A stretch of DNA of 64,000 nucleotides from assembly GCF_040938485.1 (NCBI RefSeq), contig NW_027270997.1, forward strand, positions 1,860,001 to 1,924,000, given 5' to 3'. The translations under genes and the position numbers were made by a program. Positions within the stretch are counted from its first letter, which is position 1. Each line of letters starts with the position of its first letter. This stretch comes from Diadema antillarum. Taxonomy: Eukaryota. Of the stretch, positions 61,443 to 64,000 are shown in pieces. The notes under the pieces were generated by a model, which had not been told where the DNA came from, made no database searches, and saw nothing but the letters and a program-made list of their open reading frames with translations.

Positions 61443-61782
61443 GGGGTCATCCCACGAGCCCGACACCCACGAGTTATACAGCCCACGAGTCATACACTAT
61501 AGGCAATCGAGTCCGACAGTATATTAGCAAACAAGGCCAACAAGTCTGACACTATTATTATAGGAAAACAAAGGCCCACGAGACAGACGCTGCGTACATT
61601 ACCCCCTTTGATAAAATGTGTGCCCGGAATGTGTGTCGCACTCATGGGTCTTATTGGCCTATAGTGTCGAGCTCGTGGGCTGTACGTCTCGTGGGCTGTG
61701 CGACTCGTGGGCTGTACGACTCGCGTAGTGCGTGACTCATGGGTTGTATGACTCGTGGGTGTCGGGCTCGTCACGTGCATCC
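61443..61782 (+). mobile_element. Foldback element with inverted ~16-nt arrays, copy B
   Basis: Same termini (GGGGTCATCCCACGAG...CTCGTCACGTGCATCC) and same unit as 43953-44316; different unit numbers; TSD degenerate. Confidence 0.8.
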
Positions 61783-62510
61783 GAATGAGTGTTCAATTAG
61801 ATAATATGTTATTTCATTTTTGTTCAGTCTTTAGACACCAGTTAGATTTTAAGCTAAAATTCTATTTGCAAAACAATATCCACCACATTTAACGGACCTA
61901 AACCAACGACCTAAGCTCAGTGTAATATCTTTTCAAATTTTAACAGCCACATTAAAATATTCATACTAAAAGTTGTCGTCATTCTCTTTTTCATTAGCCA
62001 TACTAAATAACTTTCATGTATGTTCTTTGTTGTGTAATCTTTAATCATTCTCCTTTTCATCAAGTTTACTAACGCAAACATTTTCTCTCTTCTTTTCCGT
62101 TTCACTCCAAATGTCCTGGGTACCACTTTCCCCTCTATAGGAAAGTGCTACAAGGTCTTATACCTCAAACTCACTGTCTTCGTTTTTTTTCCTCTTGTTC
62201 ATTTTGCATTTGATTTGAGGCCGCCACCCTAGTCACACTCTGCTCACTCTTCTTTCTTACTTGTAACAAAACATGAATTGGCATGATATTACATGAAAGT
62301 ACTTAAGGGTTTGTCATGCCTTGTTATGAAGATGAAGTATGAATGTATATACCATCATAACTGTATGATTGTTTATCACAATGTTAGCTATTGTATTATA
62401 CCACTCATCGCTATAGTGTACATAGGCTTCATTCTGCTTAAAAGGCAGCTATGAAATAACGAGAATCAGAGCAAAATTGTCAGCAATAATGACACGGACA
62501 TTGTATGAAG

Positions 62511-62612
62511 TCATTGATTTCAAATGTGCTTTCCATTTATCTACAGGGGTACTAGGACACCTCATTGATTTCAAATGTGCTTTCCATTTATCTACAGGGG
62601 TACTAGGACACC
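62511..62612. repeat. 51-bp exact tandem duplication
   Basis: tcattgatttcaaatgtgctttccatttatctacaggggtactaggacacc x2. Confidence 0.95.
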
Positions 62613-64000
62613 TTTGCAGTTGAAAACCAGTCTAGAAAGCTTTTACTGCAACAAAAACCACCCGTCGGGAATCTCACCACAAGCTTTGCCATCACATGCC
62701 AATCCGCAAGCGTACCACGCAACATCGTCTTAATGTGCAGTATACATCCAACTGGATTCACCACTGTGTGTGCAGACGGTCCACAAACCTAACAGGAATA
62801 CATTGTAACTTTTAACAGATTGTACCAAATAAATGTGCAAGCCCTGATGCCTTATCAAACCGATCGGTGTGTTTCTTTGCACGGAAGTGTTGTTACTTCA
62901 CAAAATTACCTTCGTCACTACTTTGTCTCTTGTTTTCCCTCCTGCAAGCGTATAATAATTGCCAATGTTTCTAAAGCTCTGAGCTCAAAATGTCGGCACT
63001 TCATGAGCGGTCATTCTGTACATCATATTTACGCGCGAAAGTTCCCCCATCTATTTCCTCACCCCATCCGTCACTTTTCTCCATGTTTCAATGTCCTCTC
63101 ATCACTAAATTAGTTCGTGGTGTTTCACAAGTGGCAATTTTACGTTTGGGGCTCTCGGACAAGATAGTGACGAATGACCAGTGCATTAATTTAGATCAAT
63201 TCGGCCCCCGTTTACTAAAGTAGAGAGAAATGTCATAAATTGACAAATATTTGGCTTCATTCCTTGGATACGATATGACGCTGGAACCAGATGCAATCAA
63301 TCAGGTTACTCCTTGTTCCAAGAGATTTATGGCTTTTTTTTTTTTAAACTAACCACTTAAAACTGCCATCTCATCTACTGAATATAAAAACGATTTTCGT
63401 GGTGAAAGGTAATAATTGAAAAAAGGGGGAACCTTGCGTACGTGATCGCATCTTCGAAAAGGAGTACGATCCAAACATCGCATCCTTAATCCCATACTCA
63501 ATCCATAGGTTTATCAAATTACAACTCTGTAGACTGGTCAATCGATAAATTTAAAGATCGCAAAATGCCAAGCGTATATATAGACATGTGGAATTTAGAA
63601 GCTTTTGAAATCAGCGATGCCTTTCGTCATAACATTGCGCAAACTGAATTTTGTAAACAGATTTGCAGTGTTTACCTTTACACTAAAGTTCTCCAACTTG
63701 TCAGTTTTGTTTGGTTCGTTTCTCTAGGAGTCAGTAGATGTTTTCCTTATCGCAAATATTAAGAACCACGTTCGCTCTGTTTGTATATATTGTAAATACA
63801 AAATATACTTCAAAGACTCGTCTTGCAATCTTGCAACATTACGCCCCCTCTTTACCGGAACATTGCCATCTCATTCAATGGTGTGGTAGACTGAATTGAG
63901 CTGCATGGTTATTGAGCTTCGCGTATTCTATTTTAGTTTCACCACCGTATTGTTTAATTGCATAATTGCCACCCTTTTAGATTATGGAATCATTGAGTAT

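Noticed and set aside
1-64000. Homeobox, rRNA, snRNA, histone or intact transposase/RT genes
   Set aside because: Looked for hallmark motifs by eye (e.g. WFQNRR, YxDD, tRNA T-loop) and found none; short divergent exons could still have been missed without a search.

Overview
AT-rich (roughly 36-38% GC, estimated by eye) eukaryotic, apparently metazoan, non-coding DNA. The repeat repertoire (TTAA-flanked AGG/AG-ended elements, GGCCC-ended 3-bp-TSD MITEs, CACT-ended TA-TSD elements, a tRNA-derived SINE with GTCCTTGG...GTATAAATGGGT body, L2/CR1 3' ends, poly-G runs, many microsatellites) resembles an echinoderm, probably a sea urchin; this is inference from memory, not a database result. I recognise no intact protein-coding gene, rRNA, tRNA gene or CRISPR array, and nearly all ORFs in the track look spurious. 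What the sequence does support: about a dozen non-autonomous DNA transposons (two nested insertions), several LINE/SINE 3' fragments (two with recognisable ORF2 C-termini), five N blocks, tandem duplications, a perfect 97-bp direct repeat, a Penelope-type hammerhead-like motif, and several GC/CpG-richer islands and short segments with strong splice signals that may be exons of lncRNAs, UTRs or an unrecognised gene. The window reads as a gene desert or large intron. I did not find a clearly novel multi-gene system; the best leads are the hammerhead-like motif, the nested palindromic MITE, the 97-bp repeat and a three-exon in-frame small ORF at 56.9-61.4 kb.
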